Positions 63,273-64,000 of a stretch of 64,000 nucleotides of DNA are shown in pieces. How positions within the stretch are numbered: the first letter of the stretch is position 1; the number at the start of each line of letters is the position of its first letter. The notes beneath the pieces were generated by a model. That model had not been told where the DNA came from. It ran no database searches and saw only the letters and a list, made by a program, of their open reading frames with translations. Both the position numbers and the translations under genes were made by a program. Origin of the DNA: Mytilus edulis (Eukaryota); NCBI RefSeq assembly GCF_963676685.1, contig NC_092348.1:9982001-10046000 (forward strand), in the 5' to 3' direction.

Positions 63273-64000
63273 CCCTTGTGGTTTAAGTAAAACAGATGGC
63301 AGATCTACTGAGTTTTATTTTAGTTATAGAGGTGTTGTGGTGAAGAATTTCCTAGAAATAACATGACAGGAATATTTAAAGTTTTGTATTCTGAAGTATC
63401 TATGTGGTATAGGTTCAATTGTTAATTTAACTATCATTGAAATATGGTGTCTTTCTTATTTTCTTTCTTTCTATTTTTTGGGCATACTTTATATATTTAT
63501 GAAATATTTGCAGCTGGATGCCAAGCAACCATTATGACTAATCAGTCATTCGCCATTTGTTTAAATAGAACAAGTTATAATTCAATAATACCGACGGTCC
63601 AAATTTAGTTTCACTGCATGTTAAGAGTTATATAAAATAATACACAAAAACGTTTGTTTGAATGATAATAAGAGTTTGTTTCAGAGGTTTTTTTTCAGAT
63701 ATTAAATTTCATTGAGTACATATTTTTTGCATTAACAAACAAATATATTCATGCGCTAGGCCTATTCAGTGACACAAATATACATTTCATGTGTGAGAGG
63801 TAACGAGTGTGGAAAAATTTATTATCTTTCTCCAATTTTTAAGAATTATAAGGATTAAACACCTTTTTAAAGGAATTCATTGGTGTATAAACTGGACCAA
63901 GTCACTCACAAACATATCATAAAAGCCCTTCTGACTTTTATTTGTTTGTAAGTGAATTGATTGAGTTTATACACCAATACATTCCTTTAAAAAGGGGTTT

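Overview
AT-rich, intron-containing, repeat-dense animal genomic DNA; the repeat families suggest a bivalve, probably Mytilus-like (inference). Main contents: (1) An 8.4-kb Kolobok-type DNA transposon (2438-10845) with perfect 19-bp TIRs and a TTAA TSD. Its 3-exon minus-strand gene encodes a DDE transposase fused to a DEDDh 3'-5' exonuclease with a PML-like C-terminal tail. (2) Directly beside it, a ~361-bp tandem repeat carrying two decayed type I hammerhead ribozymes (retrozyme-like). (3) A 5'-truncated Penelope-like (Naiad-type) RT element with a type II SECIS-like stem-loop in its 3' UTR. (4) A POMGNT2-like glycosyltransferase gene. (5) A two-coding-exon orphan gene for a Ser/Thr-rich protein. 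(6) The 5' end of a large plus-strand gene with three candidate alternative phase-0 first coding exons (39397, 58098, 62341). (7) Many MITEs, SINEs and HINE-like elements, and several minisatellites. All family assignments come from motif recognition by eye; no searches or folding programs were run.
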